NCBI GenBank assembly: GCA_900543155.1
Contig: UQQN01000001.1
Location: 1-62,465 of the forward strand
Reading direction: 5' to 3'
Origin: an uncultured Prevotella sp.
GTDB taxonomy: Bacteria; Bacteroidota; Bacteroidia; Bacteroidales; Bacteroidaceae
DNA length: 62,465 nucleotides
Numbering within the stretch: the stretch's first letter is position 1; each line of letters starts with the position of its first letter. Of this stretch, positions 18,364 to 29,493 are shown piece by piece. Below the pieces are notes generated by a model. That model did no database searches and was not told the origin of the DNA. It saw only the letters and a list, made by a program, of their open reading frames with translations. The position numbers were made by a program, and so were the translations under genes.

Positions 18364-18526
18364 TAAAGAGAGTGTGTACATATCACCCAAAGCACGAATT
18401 TGAAAAAGTTAAAATATATATATCACATAGACCAACTCGAAAGCCATTCTAAATTCCTCATTCCTCTCCATCAATACATGGGCATAATTGCATGAATAAT
18501 TCATGCAAATTCCCCATAAAACCACA

Positions 18527-18610
18527 TTTTAACATATATTTCAAATGACAAAATGACACTTTTCTTCTTCATAATCAAAGAGTTTCGATGTCATTTGTCA
18601 TTTGTCATTT
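18527..18610. repeat. Dispersed element copy B: 2x ATGACA ... 30 nt ... 3x TGTCAT
   Basis: Ungapped alignment to 174-257. Confidence 0.8.
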
Positions 18611-18676
18611 GCGATATCCCCTTCATTTCTCAGCATATAAAAACCATACGACATCCACGCTCCGCAAAAAATAAAA

Positions 18677-18733
18677 CAACCATGCCCGAAACGCGCAACC
18701 ATCACTGATTGCACATTTCGGGCATGGTTTCTT
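18677..18733. terminator. Terminator hairpin downstream of rubrerythrin
   Basis: aaccatgcccgaaa ... tttcgggcatggtt. Confidence 0.8.
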
Positions 18734-18770
18734 TGTTCAAAGAACCTGCATAAGGCAGTTCTTTATAAAA

Positions 18771-19313
18771 TCAATAGTTCTCGGCACGCAGTTCAAAGTA
18801 GCTTTGCGGATGGGCACAAACGGGGCATACTTCGGGGGCTTTTTTGCCTACCACAATGTGGCCACAGTTAGAGCACTGCCATACACGGTCGCCATCACGA
18901 CTAAACACGATGCCTTCTTCAATGTTTTGCAACAAACGACGGTAGCGCTCTTCGTGAGCTTTCTCAATGGCTCCTACCATCTCGAATTTTTCGGCAATTT
19001 CGTCGAAACCTTCCTCGCGTGCTTCCTTGGCAAAGGTGGCATACATATCCGTCCACTCATAATTTTCGCCTTGGGCTGCATCCTTCAGATTATCGACTGT
19101 AGTGGGCACTTCGCCTCCGTGAAGCAACTTAAACCAAATTTTGGCGTGTTCTTTCTCGTTACGCGAGGTTTCCTCAAAGATGTGCGCCATTTGCACATAA
19201 CCATCTTTGTTTGCCTTTGATGCGTAATACTGATATTTGGTGTGCGCCTGCGACTCACCTGCAAACGCTGTCGCCAAATTCTTTTCGGTCTTTGTACCTT
19301 TTAGGTCTTTCAT
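18771..19313 (-). CDS. rbr: Rubrerythrin
   Basis: [28 protein letters not shown] diiron motifs. C-terminal CxxC...CPVC rubredoxin site. Confidence 0.96.
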   Translation of the reverse strand: MKDLKGTKTEKNLATAFAGESQAHTKYQYYASKANKDGYVQMAHIFEETSRNEKEHAKIWFKLLHGGEVPTTVDNLKDAAQGENYEWTDMYATFAKEAREEGFDEIAEKFEMVGAIEKAHEERYRRLLQNIEEGIVFSRDGDRVWQCSNCGHIVVGKKAPEVCPVCAHPQSYFELRAENY

Positions 19314-19479
19314 GTTGCGATAAGTATTAAAGTTATTGTATGTTTTTGCCTTTAAGCGCTCCAAATATACGGTGTTTTTTTGAATAACGCTAACTTTCGG
19401 TCTACTTTATCCCTTATTAATATCTGCCACCTTTATTTCAAAAAATTTTTGCAACTTTGCACCGAGTTTCAAGCAAGTA

Positions 19480-20284
19480 ATGTTACACGGGGGTGTAGCA
19501 GACACGTTGTCGACGCTGCTTCAGGTTGTGGATTTTTTTTTCGAGCGAGCACGTAATTGAGATGGTCTATTACAAAGAGGTGATGCACTATGCCGACCAC
19601 ACCTATGAATGGCTCAACCAATGGTCTCTACCTGGCATTTGGGTGGGGTGTTTGTTTAGCTTGGGATGGCTTAGACTCATGCGCTGGAATGTTTACCGCC
19701 TCATAGCCTTGGCGCTCTTTGTGTTTGCACTCTATGCCGGAGGTTTTTATTTTTTTATAGACGCTTCCATCTCCATCGATTTGCTGCGCATCTCCATCAT
19801 TTGCCGCGGTTTTTCTTATGCCGTGTTGTGCATTGCTTTTATGTGGTGTTTGCATGCCATTATGTCGTTCGAACATTTTTTTCAAGCGCTTTCGGTTTTC
19901 AATGTGCTACACATGTTATTGGGCGGACTCATTGGTGCAGCGCTCCACGCTCTTGGCTTGAAATATTATGTTGCCGATGGCTTTGCACGCTATTCGCAAT
20001 ACGTCGACTCTGTAGGCATTTCGGCACGTCACACCGATTTCTCTGACCTCATGCAGCGCCTTGTGGAAGGTTTATTGGCACAGGCTGTAAAAATAGAATT
20101 TGGTTGGACACTTCTTGCTTCTCTACTTCTTGCCATGCTCATGTTGTTGTGGGATATCCCCATGGTGCGACACCAAATTAAACACATTCCGACATGGTCC
20201 AGTGTAGGTATGGGCGTTTGGCGTAAATACCAACGAGGACGTCGCTTGCATCATTTGCGCAAAATGCGTAGAGAACTCGTATAA
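19480..20284 (+). pseudogene. Multi-pass membrane protein (MFS-like half), frameshifted at a T9 tract
   Basis: Hydrophobic 252-aa frame (19526-20284) opens on TTG. ATG 19480 joins it in frame if T9 (19533-19541) is T8. Confidence 0.55.
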
Positions 20285-20340
20285 TGACTTGAAAGAGGTG
20301 TTCACCAACATACACTTCTGTACACCTACTTATATATAAT

Positions 20341-20385
20341 AGTGGGACAACACTAACACTTGGTTAATGTTGCCCCACTATTTTC
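20341..20385. terminator. Hairpin between convergent genes
   Basis: agtgggacaaca ... tgttgccccact-atttt. Confidence 0.55.
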
Positions 20386-20462
20386 TACTGCACAAAGAAT
20401 ACACTACACTACCAACAATACAAGCAATACGGCTAACGCCATTAAAATGCTTTTCAAATTGT

Positions 20463-20822
20463 TCATTGTTCAAAAGTTTTCCAAGCTGCCACAACTTCGT
20501 CTATCGACACACCAAGTTGGCGCATTTGCAGAAAAAGGGTGGGCAACATGTGTTGATGAAAATCGGTTCGACGCGCTTTTAGTATTTGGGCTTGTGCATC
20601 AGATGAAACATAGTATCCCATGCCACGTTTGGCATAAAGCACACCGCGCTGTGCAAGCAGATCGTAAGACTTCACTGTGGTATTTACATTCACCTCGAGC
20701 AAAGCTGAATATTCGCGCACACCTGGCACACGACTATCGGGAGCGTAAGTACCTGCTAACACCTCGTCGCACAAACGTTCGGCTATTTGCACATATATGG
20801 GTTGCCCTTCTTTAAAATTCAT
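20463..20822 (-). CDS. GntR family regulator, YtrA subfamily
   Basis: PIYVQIAE, RVPGVRE, VNVNTTVKSY, RGMGYYV. ~120 aa, next to an ABC exporter. Confidence 0.93.
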   Translation of the reverse strand: MNFKEGQPIYVQIAERLCDEVLAGTYAPDSRVPGVREYSALLEVNVNTTVKSYDLLAQRGVLYAKRGMGYYVSSDAQAQILKARRTDFHQHMLPTLFLQMRQLGVSIDEVVAAWKTFEQ

Positions 20823-20892
20823 ACGCACTAATTATTGTGTTCAAGAAAATACCAATTTATTATTCTAATAAGACCCTAATAACTTAAGCTTT

Positions 20893-21735
20893 TTAAAAAA
20901 ATTTGCGGCTAACCACTTGCATGCGCTTGAACAAACGATAGCTGAACCATAATAAAACAACTTCTAACACAAAAAACAGTTGCGTGATGACTAGTAACCA
21001 ATAGTCGAACACTAATGTAAGGAATATTGTATTTTTTAAAGACATACATGTTACACTGGAAACCAACACCGACATGAAAATGCCTAAACCCAACAAACAC
21101 GCAGCGGTTTTAAGAAAAGCGCGATTACGAAAAAGCACTGATCCCAGCACAAATAGAACGAACTGCAACAATAACAACGAAAAGGAAAACAACGCATACA
21201 AACCTTCTGATGTGCCTGTGTAGGAAAAACGCGACCAAGATTGCAAAAATTCTGTAAATGCTGCTTGAATACAACAAAATGCCTCAGGGACGGCTGAATT
21301 CACTCTTACCCACATGCCCGATAACGCTAACATGCGCAAAAGGTCGGCAAAAACGAATGCTACAAAATTTACTACCCCTGCACCCAAAGTGAAAAGAAGA
21401 AAACGCGAAAGGAATTTCTCGACATTGGTAGCAGGTAACATAAGATAGGCTATGCGTTTGGGCTTGGTTTTAAGATTGACAAACATCAGCGACAACGCTA
21501 CAGAAAACACAATGTACGACACCACAAACGAAATACTAGCTGCATCTCTACAAATATTCCCTGCACGCTCGGGCAATGAATTGTACATGTTTTTGACAGA
21601 AAAATATATCATCCCAAACTGCGCAGCAAAGTGAGCTAAAAAAGCACCTATGGCAAAACTCACATGGTTGCGCCAATTACTCACTACATCGTATTTAAGT
21701 AATTGGACAAAACGTTCTTTATCGAAATTTTTCAT
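20893..21735 (-). CDS. ABC-2-type permease
   Basis: ~6 TM, YLMLPATNVEKFLSR motif, follows the ABC ATPase. Confidence 0.8.
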   Translation of the reverse strand: MKNFDKERFVQLLKYDVVSNWRNHVSFAIGAFLAHFAAQFGMIYFSVKNMYNSLPERAGNICRDAASISFVVSYIVFSVALSLMFVNLKTKPKRIAYLMLPATNVEKFLSRFLLFTLGAGVVNFVAFVFADLLRMLALSGMWVRVNSAVPEAFCCIQAAFTEFLQSWSRFSYTGTSEGLYALFSFSLLLLQFVLFVLGSVLFRNRAFLKTAACLLGLGIFMSVLVSSVTCMSLKNTIFLTLVFDYWLLVITQLFFVLEVVLLWFSYRLFKRMQVVSRKFF

Positions 21736-21752
21736 TGTAGAAATAAATTATC

Positions 21753-22589
21753 TTAGTCTGTTAATATTTTGGGAAGATTACCACTCTCAGCGTAGCTAAA
21801 GAGAAGTTCCAAATCGAGCGCCGACTCCATATCGGGATTATCATTGGGTACTATTACCGAAATGCCCTTGAGCGAGGGCTGCACAAAGAGGGCATCGCTT
21901 GTGTCTGAACCTACAGGACGCTCTTCAAAACGCAATACTGCACAAATATCTGCCGTTGAACGATTAAGCAAAATGTGTGAACCATCTAACATCACAACAT
22001 GGTCAATGAGCATATCTATGTCACGCACCTGATGCGTAGAAATCACAAATGTGCGATCGTCGGTCATATGGCGTGCTACTACCTTGCGGAACAAACTCTT
22101 TGAAGGAATATCAAGTCCATTCGTAGGTTCATCCATCAATAACACACGAGTGCAGGTGGCAAGAGCAAAGCTCATATAAGCTTTTTTCTTTTGTCCCATA
22201 CTCAAATTACCTAAGTTTACGTTGAGAGGCAGTTCAAAATCAGCTAAACAAGTCTCCATTACCTCTTGACTAAAGTTGGGATAAAATGGTTTATTTACTT
22301 CAACATAACGCTGCATGGTTACTGCAGGAAGTTCAAATTCCTCGGGCACTATGAACATTTCGCGCAACACCTCAGGACGACGTTCTGTAACGTTCACACC
22401 ATCAAATGTCACACAACCTTTCTGTGCACGCAGCAAACCGCTCATCAAATAGAGCAAAGTACTTTTACCTGTACCATTCTTACCCAACAAACCATAAATG
22501 CGTCCGGGTTGAAGACTTAATGAAAAGTCGGTATATACGTTGGCAGCCCTACGGCTATATCCATACGTTACATTATTTACTTCTATCAT
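21753..22589 (-). CDS. ABC transporter ATP-binding protein (YtrB-like)
   Basis: GKNGTGKST, LSMGQKK, LLMDEPTNGLD, STH. Confidence 0.95.
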   Translation of the reverse strand: MIEVNNVTYGYSRRAANVYTDFSLSLQPGRIYGLLGKNGTGKSTLLYLMSGLLRAQKGCVTFDGVNVTERRPEVLREMFIVPEEFELPAVTMQRYVEVNKPFYPNFSQEVMETCLADFELPLNVNLGNLSMGQKKKAYMSFALATCTRVLLMDEPTNGLDIPSKSLFRKVVARHMTDDRTFVISTHQVRDIDMLIDHVVMLDGSHILLNRSTADICAVLRFEERPVGSDTSDALFVQPSLKGISVIVPNDNPDMESALDLELLFSYAESGNLPKILTD

Positions 22590-22632
22590 TTTTTCTTTCA
22601 ATTTGATGTTAGAGCAACATATAAGTGTCTAC

Positions 22633-22663
22633 TGTACTATTATACTATAACACTGCAAAAGTA
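22633..22663 (-). promoter_or_regulatory. -7 promoter box plus putative YtrA/GntR operator
   Basis: TACTTTTG (22663-22656) immediately followed by the imperfect dyad TGTACTA-N6-TATAACA (22633-22652). Confidence 0.55.
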
Positions 22664-22760
22664 TGAATCTTTATTTTATCATGCAACTATTTGAAGAATA
22701 AAAAACGTTATTGTGTAATATTTAACTATTACACATAAAAAAAGACTATAAGTATACATC

Positions 22761-22796
22761 AAAAAAACGCAACCTCCATTGCTGGAAGTTGCGTTT
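22761..22796 (-). terminator. Terminator of the alpha operon
   Basis: aaacgcaacctcca-ttgc-tggaagttgcgttt with A7 on the plus strand. Confidence 0.85.
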
Positions 22797-22853
22797 GTTA
22801 TAGAGTAAGAGCCTAAGGTGCTTGGACACACCTTATAGACAAGTTTCGCAATA

Positions 22854-23333
22854 TTACTCGGCCTTAGCCTCTTCTGCAGGGGCTTCAGTTGCAGGAGCTT
22901 CAGCTTCTGCGGTTGCAGCGGCCTTCTTGCTACGACGAGTACGAGTTGCTTTCTTCTTAGTCTTGGCCATGTTCTCATCGAAGTCTACGAGTTCGATGAA
23001 GCACATCTCAGAAGCATCGCTGGCACGGAAACCAGTCTTGATGATACGAGTGTAGCCACCGGGACGGTCAAGCACCTTGCTGCGGATTTCACGGAACAGC
23101 TCGGTTACAGCAACTTTATCCTGAAGATAGCTGAACACTACACGACGTGAGTTCATTGTATCGTCCTTGCTCTTAGTGATCAGGGGCTCTACGTACTTCT
23201 TCAGCGCCTTAGCCTTGGCCAGAGTCGTAGTGATTCTTTTGTGCTTGATCAAAGAGCAAGCCATGTTTGAGAGCATGGCGCTTCTATGAGAAGCAGTACG
23301 GCTCAGATGGTTGAATTTTTTATTGTGTCTCAT
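22854..23333 (-). CDS. rplQ: 50S ribosomal protein L17
   Basis: [20 protein letters not shown], Ala/Glu-rich tail. Confidence 0.99.
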   Translation of the reverse strand: MRHNKKFNHLSRTASHRSAMLSNMACSLIKHKRITTTLAKAKALKKYVEPLITKSKDDTMNSRRVVFSYLQDKVAVTELFREIRSKVLDRPGGYTRIIKTGFRASDASEMCFIELVDFDENMAKTKKKATRTRRSKKAAATAEAEAPATEAPAEEAKAE

Positions 23334-23344
23334 TTCAGACGTTT

Positions 23345-24337
23345 TTAATCTTTATCTAATTTATACTTAGAAATGTCAGTTCCAAACGACAGATTCAGAC
23401 TCTCGAGCAAATCATCAAGCTCATTGAGCGATTTCTTACCAAAGTTACGGAACTTTAAGAGGTCAGTCTTGTTGTACTGAACAAGTTCGCCAAGAGTCTC
23501 AACATCGGCAGCCTTAAGACAGTTGAGGGCACGAACTGAGAGGTTCATGTCGGTCAACTTAGTCTTGAGCAACTGACGCATGTGAAGTACTTCTTCATCG
23601 AACTCTTCATTGTCTGCATTAGGTTTGTCTTCCATTGTGATCTTCTCGTCTGAGAAGAGCATGAAGTGGTAGATCAAAATCTTTGCAGCCTCTTTAAGAG
23701 CTTCCTTCGGGTGGATGGAACCGTCCGTAGTGATTTCAAGCACGAGCTTGTCGTAGTCTGTCTTCTGCTCTACACGATAGGGCTCAACAGCATACTTTAC
23801 ATTACGGATAGGAGTGTAAATTGAGTCGATAGCAATCTCGTTGATCTCCTGGCATGATTCACGATTCTCGTCAGCGGGAACGTAACCTCTACCCTTGTTG
23901 ATCGAGATTGTTATCTGCATCGTGGCTTTAGAATCTAAGTGACAAATCACTAATTCAGGATTTAACACTTCAAATCCATTGAGAAACTTACTTATATCGC
24001 CAGCTTTAAACTCAGTTGAGTTAGAGATGGTGATAGTAGCCTTCTCGGTTTCGTATTCATCTACAATCTGCTTGAAACGAACTTGCTTCAAGTTGAGTAT
24101 AATGTTGGTAACGTCTTCCTTAACTCCAGGCACTGTGGCAAACTCATGCTCAACACCCTCAATCTTGATGGTGTTGATAGCATAACCCTCAAGCGAAGAG
24201 AGAAGGATTCGACGTAATGCATTTCCGACAGTAGTGCCGAAACCAGGCTCCAAAGGACGGAATTCAAACTTACCGAACTTAGAGTCGTTTTCCAACATTA
24301 TTACTTTGTCAGGTTTTTGAAATGCTAATATCGCCAT
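23345..24337 (-). CDS. rpoA: RNA polymerase alpha subunit
   Basis: [38 protein letters not shown]. Confidence 0.99.
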   Translation of the reverse strand: MAILAFQKPDKVIMLENDSKFGKFEFRPLEPGFGTTVGNALRRILLSSLEGYAINTIKIEGVEHEFATVPGVKEDVTNIILNLKQVRFKQIVDEYETEKATITISNSTEFKAGDISKFLNGFEVLNPELVICHLDSKATMQITISINKGRGYVPADENRESCQEINEIAIDSIYTPIRNVKYAVEPYRVEQKTDYDKLVLEITTDGSIHPKEALKEAAKILIYHFMLFSDEKITMEDKPNADNEEFDEEVLHMRQLLKTKLTDMNLSVRALNCLKAADVETLGELVQYNKTDLLKFRNFGKKSLNELDDLLESLNLSFGTDISKYKLDKD

Positions 24338-24357
24338 GAATGTAAGGGAATTATTGA

Positions 24358-24966
24358 TTAGTTTTTAGAGTACAACTCGACGATCAACTGCTCCTTGATG
24401 TTCTCAGGGATGTCAGCACGTTCGGGCTTGTGAAGAAGCTTGCCGCTCTTTGTAGTCTCATCCCATTCGATCCAAGGATACTTGCTGTGGTTGAAGCCTG
24501 CCAATGCATCGGCAATAACTTCGAGAGACTTAGACTTTTCGCGAACAGCTACGATCTGACCAGGCTTAACGCTGTAAGAAGCGATGTTTACCACGCGGCC
24601 ATCAACCGTGATGTGCTTGTGATTGACGAGCTGACGAGCTGCTGCACGAGTAGGAGCAATACCAAGACGGTATACTACATTGTCGAGACGGCACTCGAGG
24701 CTCTGGAGGAGAATTTCACCGGTAATGCCAGATGCAGAAGCTGCCTTTTCAAAAAGGTTGCGGAACTGCTTTTCGAGCACACCGTAAGTGTATTTTGCCT
24801 TCTGCTTTTCAGCGAGCATGACACCGTATTCAGAAGTCTTGCGACGACGGTTGTTGCCATGCTGTCCAGGAGGATAATTGCGCTTTGCCAACACCTTGTC
24901 AGCACCGAAGATAGCCTCACCAAACTTACGGGCGATACGAGACTTAGGGCCAATATATCTTGCCAT
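24358..24966 (-). CDS. rpsD: 30S ribosomal protein S4
   Basis: [26 protein letters not shown]. Confidence 0.99.
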   Translation of the reverse strand: MARYIGPKSRIARKFGEAIFGADKVLAKRNYPPGQHGNNRRRKTSEYGVMLAEKQKAKYTYGVLEKQFRNLFEKAASASGITGEILLQSLECRLDNVVYRLGIAPTRAAARQLVNHKHITVDGRVVNIASYSVKPGQIVAVREKSKSLEVIADALAGFNHSKYPWIEWDETTKSGKLLHKPERADIPENIKEQLIVELYSKN

Positions 24967-25002
24967 TGTTTATCTTATTTCTTTTACGTTAAACTACGTT
25001 TG

Positions 25003-25392
25003 TTATACTCTTCTGCGCTTAGGAGGACGGCAACCGTTGTGGGGAAGCGGAGTAACGTCGATAATCTCTGTAACAGCGATACCAGCACCGTGGATAGCAC
25101 GGATAGCTGATTCACGACCATTACCGGGACCCTTAACGTATGCCTTCACCTTGCGAAGACCAAGGTCGTAAGCTACTTTGGCGCAATCCTGAGCGGCCAT
25201 CTGGGCTGCGTAAGGAGTGTTCTTCTTAGAACCACGGAAACCCATTTTACCGGCAGAAGACCAAGAAATAATCTGACCCTCGCTGTTTGCAAGAGACACA
25301 ATGATATTGTTGAAAGAGCTGTGTACGTGGAGTTGACCCATAGCGTCAACCTTCACGTTTCTCTTCTTTGCTGCAACTGTTTTCTTTGCCAT
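25003..25392 (-). CDS. rpsK: 30S ribosomal protein S11
   Basis: [25 protein letters not shown]. Confidence 0.99.
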   Translation of the reverse strand: MAKKTVAAKKRNVKVDAMGQLHVHSSFNNIIVSLANSEGQIISWSSAGKMGFRGSKKNTPYAAQMAAQDCAKVAYDLGLRKVKAYVKGPGNGRESAIRAIHGAGIAVTEIIDVTPLPHNGCRPPKRRRV

Positions 25393-25401
25393 ATCTATTT
25401 A

Positions 25402-25782
25402 TTATTTAGTAGCTTTCTTCTTGTTTGCAACGGTCTTTTTGCGACCCTTGCGAGTACGAGCATTGTTCTTTGTGCTTTGACCACGAACGGGAAGACCGTT
25501 ACGATGGCGAACACCACGGTAGCAACCGATGTCCATAAGACGCTTGATGTTCAGCTGGATTTCAGAGCGAAGGTCACCTTCTACCTTGTAACCAGCACCA
25601 ATGATCTCACGGATCTTGGCAGCTTGGTCGTCAGTCCAATCCTTCACTTTGATATCTCTGTCAATGCCGGCTTCGTCCAAGATTTTAGCCGAGCTACTAC
25701 GACCTATACCGTAGATGTAGGTCAGGGCGATCTCACCACGCTTGTTCTGAGGGAGGTCTACACCAACAATTCTTATTGCCAT
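25402..25782 (-). CDS. rpsM: 30S ribosomal protein S13
   Basis: [28 protein letters not shown]. Confidence 0.99.
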   Translation of the reverse strand: MAIRIVGVDLPQNKRGEIALTYIYGIGRSSSAKILDEAGIDRDIKVKDWTDDQAAKIREIIGAGYKVEGDLRSEIQLNIKRLMDIGCYRGVRHRNGLPVRGQSTKNNARTRKGRKKTVANKKKATK

Positions 25783-25810
25783 ATTTTATTTTGTTTATTG
25801 CGGAACTTGG

Positions 25811-25927
25811 TTAACCCTGACGCATTTTGAACTTAGGGTTCTTTTTGTTAATCACAAACAGACGGCCTTTGCGACGTACAATCTTGCAATCTGCAGACCG
25901 TTTCTTTAATGATGCTCTTGTTTTCAT
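25811..25927 (-). CDS. rpmJ: 50S ribosomal protein L36 (zinc-less type); absent from the ORF track
   Basis: Hand translation [38 protein letters not shown]. Confidence 0.97.
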   Translation of the reverse strand: MKTRASLKKRSADCKIVRRKGRLFVINKKNPKFKMRQG

Positions 25928-25937
25928 TATGTTTTGT

Positions 25938-26156
25938 TTATTTGTATCTGAACACAATTCTTCCTTTCGAAAGATCGTACGGACTCATTTCTACTTTCAC
26001 CTTATCACCAGGAAGGATTTTGATGTAGTGCATACGCATCTTACCTGAAATGTGAGCGGTGATTTCGTGTCCGTTCTCTAATTCTACACGGAACATAGCA
26101 TTGCTCAATGCTTCAACGATTGTCCCGTCTTGTTCGATAGCAGCTTCCTTTGCCAT
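25938..26156 (-). CDS. infA: Translation initiation factor IF-1
   Basis: [25 protein letters not shown]. Confidence 0.99.
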   Translation of the reverse strand: MAKEAAIEQDGTIVEALSNAMFRVELENGHEITAHISGKMRMHYIKILPGDKVKVEMSPYDLSKGRIVFRYK

Positions 26157-26157
26157 A

Positions 26158-26952
26158 TTAATGTTTTTGTCTTTCTACTTCTTCAATTTCTGCAAACGAC
26201 GACATGATGTCGGCCTTGCCATGATGAATGGCTATTGTATGCTCAAAATGAGCTGCCGGTTTGCCGTCGCGTGTGATGACACCCCAGCGGTCTTCGAGCA
26301 TTGCTAACTCATGGTTTCCCATTGTAATCATGGGCTCAATGGCAATGCACAAACCATTTTTTAATTGTTTGCCAGTGCCTTGCTTGCCATAGTTGGGTAC
26401 TTGAGGATCTTCGTGCATTTCATGACCAATGCCATGACCTACGAACTCACGTACCACACCATAACCATGCTCTTCGCAATGGTGCTGTACTGCATAGCCA
26501 ATGTCTCCCAAACGGTGTCCAGCGATAGCTTGCTCTATACCTTTGTAAAGTGATTCCTTCGTTACACGAAGCAATTCTTTTACTTCGGGCTTAACCTCGC
26601 CAACACAAAATGTGTAACAAGAGTCTCCGCAAAAACCATCTATAAACGTACCGCAATCAACCGAAACAATATCACCATCACGCAGCGGTTCGTCATTTGG
26701 TATACCATGCACAACAACATTATTGACTGATGTGCAAATGGAAGCAGGGAAAGGACCGCCATACGGATTAGGAAATCCCTTAAACGTTGGCTCAGCGCCA
26801 TGATCCCTTATAAATTGTTCAGCCAAGGTGTCCAACTGACGGGTTGTGACACCCGGCTCAACAACTTTTGCTATTTCAGTGAGCGTTGCGCTAACCAACA
26901 AGTTGGCTTTGCGCAACAACTCTATCTCATCGTCGGTCTTCAGATAAATCAT
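26158..26952 (-). CDS. map: Methionine aminopeptidase type I
   Basis: VVHGIP, DCG, GD, GHGIG..HE.P, IEPM, HFEHT. Confidence 0.98.
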   Translation of the reverse strand: MIYLKTDDEIELLRKANLLVSATLTEIAKVVEPGVTTRQLDTLAEQFIRDHGAEPTFKGFPNPYGGPFPASICTSVNNVVVHGIPNDEPLRDGDIVSVDCGTFIDGFCGDSCYTFCVGEVKPEVKELLRVTKESLYKGIEQAIAGHRLGDIGYAVQHHCEEHGYGVVREFVGHGIGHEMHEDPQVPNYGKQGTGKQLKNGLCIAIEPMITMGNHELAMLEDRWGVITRDGKPAAHFEHTIAIHHGKADIMSSFAEIEEVERQKH

Positions 26953-26964
26953 TCAGACTAAGTA

Positions 26965-28314
26965 TTAATAGGCAGCTACCTTCGTTGAACGTGTGCGGAC
27001 ATGTCCTGAATTGAGCAGTCCATCATAGTGACGCACCAAGAGGTGACTTTCAATTTGCTGTAACGTGTCCAAAACTACACCCACAAGGATGAGCAATGAG
27101 GTTCCACCAAAGAATTGGGCAAACTCTTGCTTTACGCCGAAGATACCTGCAAAGGCGGGCATGATAGCGATTAAAGCGATAAAGAGAGAACCAGGGAATG
27201 TGATGCGTGACATCACCTCATCCAAGTAATCTGCAGTGGGTTTGCCAGGCTTTACGCCGGGAATGAAACCATTGTTACGCTTCATATCTTCAGCCATCTG
27301 AACTGGGTTCAAAGTGATAGCTGTGTAGAAGTACGTAAACGCTACAATCAAAATGACGAACACTACGTTGTAAAGAACGCTCGTGTGGTCCAAGAACTGA
27401 TTCAGTGCCCAACTACCTCCATTCTTGGAAACAGTTTGTGCAAGAGTCAGGGGAATGAACATGATAGCTTGTGCGAAGATGATAGGCATTACGTTGGCAG
27501 CAAAAAGCTTCAACGGAATGTACTGGCGAGCACCGCCAACAGCACGATTCCCTTCAATGCGCTGAGCATACTGTACAGGAACCTTGCGAGTTGCCTTTAC
27601 AAGCATAATAGCCAACGCCATTACGAAGAGCAATGCGATAATCTCAAAGAGGAACTTAATTAAGCCACCTCCCTCAGCACCGCTGAATGCTGTAACAAAT
27701 TCAGCAACAAAGGCACTCGGCATACGAGCAATGATACCAATCATAATGATAAGTGACACACCATTGCCGACGCCCTTGTCGGTGATTCTTTCGCCAAGCC
27801 ACAGGATAAACATACTACCTGCCGCAAGGATAATCGTAGACGAGAACATGAACCAAAATCCATCTCCTACCAAAAAAGCACCTGAACCAGCGGTCTGTGC
27901 CTTCAAGTTAATCAGATACGTCGGAGCCTGGAAAAGCAGAATTGCTATTGTCAACCAACGCGTATACTGATTGATTTTTCTACGACCACTCTCACCTTCA
28001 CGCTGCATCTTTTGGAAATAAGGCACCGCGATGGCAAGAAGCTGGATGACAATCGATGCAGAAATGTAAGGCATGATACCTAACGCAAACACCGAAGCGT
28101 TTGAGAAAGCACCACCCGAGAACATATTCAACAAGGACATCAAACCTTCGCTCGTTTGATTCTGGAGAGCTTCCAAACGTGCAGGGTCGATACCCGGAAG
28201 CACGATGAACGAGCCGAAGCGGTATATAGCAACAAAGAGAATAGTAATGAGGAGGCGTGTGCGCAAATCCTCAATTCTCCAAATGTTCTTGATGGTCTCG
28301 ATTATTTTTTTCAT
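26965..28314 (-). CDS. secY: Preprotein translocase SecY
   Basis: FALGIMPYISASIVIQLL, WLGERIT.KGVGNG, FIPGVKPG, GGTSLLI. Confidence 0.99.
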   Translation of the reverse strand: MKKIIETIKNIWRIEDLRTRLLITILFVAIYRFGSFIVLPGIDPARLEALQNQTSEGLMSLLNMFSGGAFSNASVFALGIMPYISASIVIQLLAIAVPYFQKMQREGESGRRKINQYTRWLTIAILLFQAPTYLINLKAQTAGSGAFLVGDGFWFMFSSTIILAAGSMFILWLGERITDKGVGNGVSLIIMIGIIARMPSAFVAEFVTAFSGAEGGGLIKFLFEIIALLFVMALAIMLVKATRKVPVQYAQRIEGNRAVGGARQYIPLKLFAANVMPIIFAQAIMFIPLTLAQTVSKNGGSWALNQFLDHTSVLYNVVFVILIVAFTYFYTAITLNPVQMAEDMKRNNGFIPGVKPGKPTADYLDEVMSRITFPGSLFIALIAIMPAFAGIFGVKQEFAQFFGGTSLLILVGVVLDTLQQIESHLLVRHYDGLLNSGHVRTRSTKVAAY

Positions 28315-28328
28315 CGAAGTAGGTTTGA

Positions 28329-28775
28329 TTAGATTTTTGTAGCTGTGCCACCAACTGCTGCAATAGCAGCTTCGGCAGACTTGGAGAATGCGTGAGCCTC
28401 TACGGTCAATTTAGCCTTGAGTTCACCATTACCAAGGATCTTCACCAACTGGCTTGAAGAAATGAAACCTGCAGCCTGAAGCTCTGCAACGCCAATCTTC
28501 TCAAGGTTCTTAGCCTCGGCAAGAGCCTGAAGAGTTGACAAGTTGATAGCCTTATATTCTACACGGTTGATATTCTTAAAACCGAACTTGGGAAGACGAC
28601 GCTGCAAAGGCATCTGACCACCTTCGAAACCAATCTTCTTGCTATAACCAGAACGCTGCTTGGCACCCTTGTGACCGCGAGTAGAAGTACCGCCCATGCC
28701 CGAACCGGGACCACGGCCAATACGCTTGCACGAATGAGTAGCACCATTAGCAGGTTTTAATGTATGTAATTTCAT
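28329..28775 (-). CDS. rplO: 50S ribosomal protein L15
   Basis: [26 protein letters not shown]. Confidence 0.99.
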   Translation of the reverse strand: MKLHTLKPANGATHSCKRIGRGPGSGMGGTSTRGHKGAKQRSGYSKKIGFEGGQMPLQRRLPKFGFKNINRVEYKAINLSTLQALAEAKNLEKIGVAELQAAGFISSSQLVKILGNGELKAKLTVEAHAFSKSAEAAIAAVGGTATKI

Positions 28776-28795
28776 AAAGCTTCTTTATTTGAAAA

Positions 28796-28972
28796 TTATT
28801 CTACGACCGTTACTAAGTGGTGTACCTTGCGAATCATACCGCGGAGAACAGGAGTATCTTCCTTTTCAACGATGTGGTTCATCTTAGTAAGACCCAGTGC
28901 ATCGAGTGTGCGTTTCTGGTCCTTGGGAGCACCGATACGGCTCTTCGTCTGTTGTATCTTAATCGTTGCCAT
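28796..28972 (-). CDS. rpmD: 50S ribosomal protein L30; absent from the ORF track
   Basis: Hand translation MATIKIQQTKSRIGAPKDQKRTLDALGL...RGMIRKVHHLVTVVE. Confidence 0.97.
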   Translation of the reverse strand: MATIKIQQTKSRIGAPKDQKRTLDALGLTKMNHIVEKEDTPVLRGMIRKVHHLVTVVE

Positions 28973-28978
28973 AATTCT

Positions 28979-29485
28979 TTATCCTCTGAATACTTTTTCC
29001 ATAGAAACACCACGGTGCTGAGCAACCGTACGTGCATCACGCATTTCACTCAAAGCCAAGATAGTAGCCTTAACGAGGTTGTGAGGATTAGAAGAACCCT
29101 TTGACTTAGCAAGAACGTTCTTTACACCAACACTCTCGAGCACGGCACGCATAGCGCCACCGGCTACAACTCCTGTACCTTCAGCGGCGGGGAGGATAAG
29201 AACCTCAGCACCACCAAAGCGAGCAGCTTGCTCGTGGGGTACAGTACCCTTGAGAACGGGAACCTTAACCAAATTCTTCTTAGCTGCCTCAACGCCCTTA
29301 GCAATAGCTGCTGTAACTTCACCAGCCTTACCAAGACCATAACCAATAACGCCCTTACCGTCACCTACTACTACGATAGCAGCAAAAGTGAATGTACGAC
29401 CACCCTTGGTAACCTTGACAACACGATTGATAGCAACCAGTCTATCCTTTAACTCTTCTGTATTTACGTTTACTCTGTTTGCCAT
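28979..29485 (-). CDS. rpsE: 30S ribosomal protein S5
   Basis: [19 protein letters not shown]. Confidence 0.99.
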   Translation of the reverse strand: MANRVNVNTEELKDRLVAINRVVKVTKGGRTFTFAAIVVVGDGKGVIGYGLGKAGEVTAAIAKGVEAAKKNLVKVPVLKGTVPHEQAARFGGAEVLILPAAEGTGVVAGGAMRAVLESVGVKNVLAKSKGSSNPHNLVKATILALSEMRDARTVAQHRGVSMEKVFRG

Positions 29486-29493
29486 AATCTTAT

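Noticed and set aside
18108..18452. 114-aa ORF after ddh
   Set aside because: Starts inside the terminator stem and reads through low-complexity AT-rich DNA and the 11-bp repeats.
24430..25830. Plus-strand ORFs over rpsD/rpsK/rpsM, and similar ORFs over nifJ, rpoB, rpoC, tuf, GH2 and SGNH
   Set aside because: Antisense or alternate-frame shadows of confidently identified genes.
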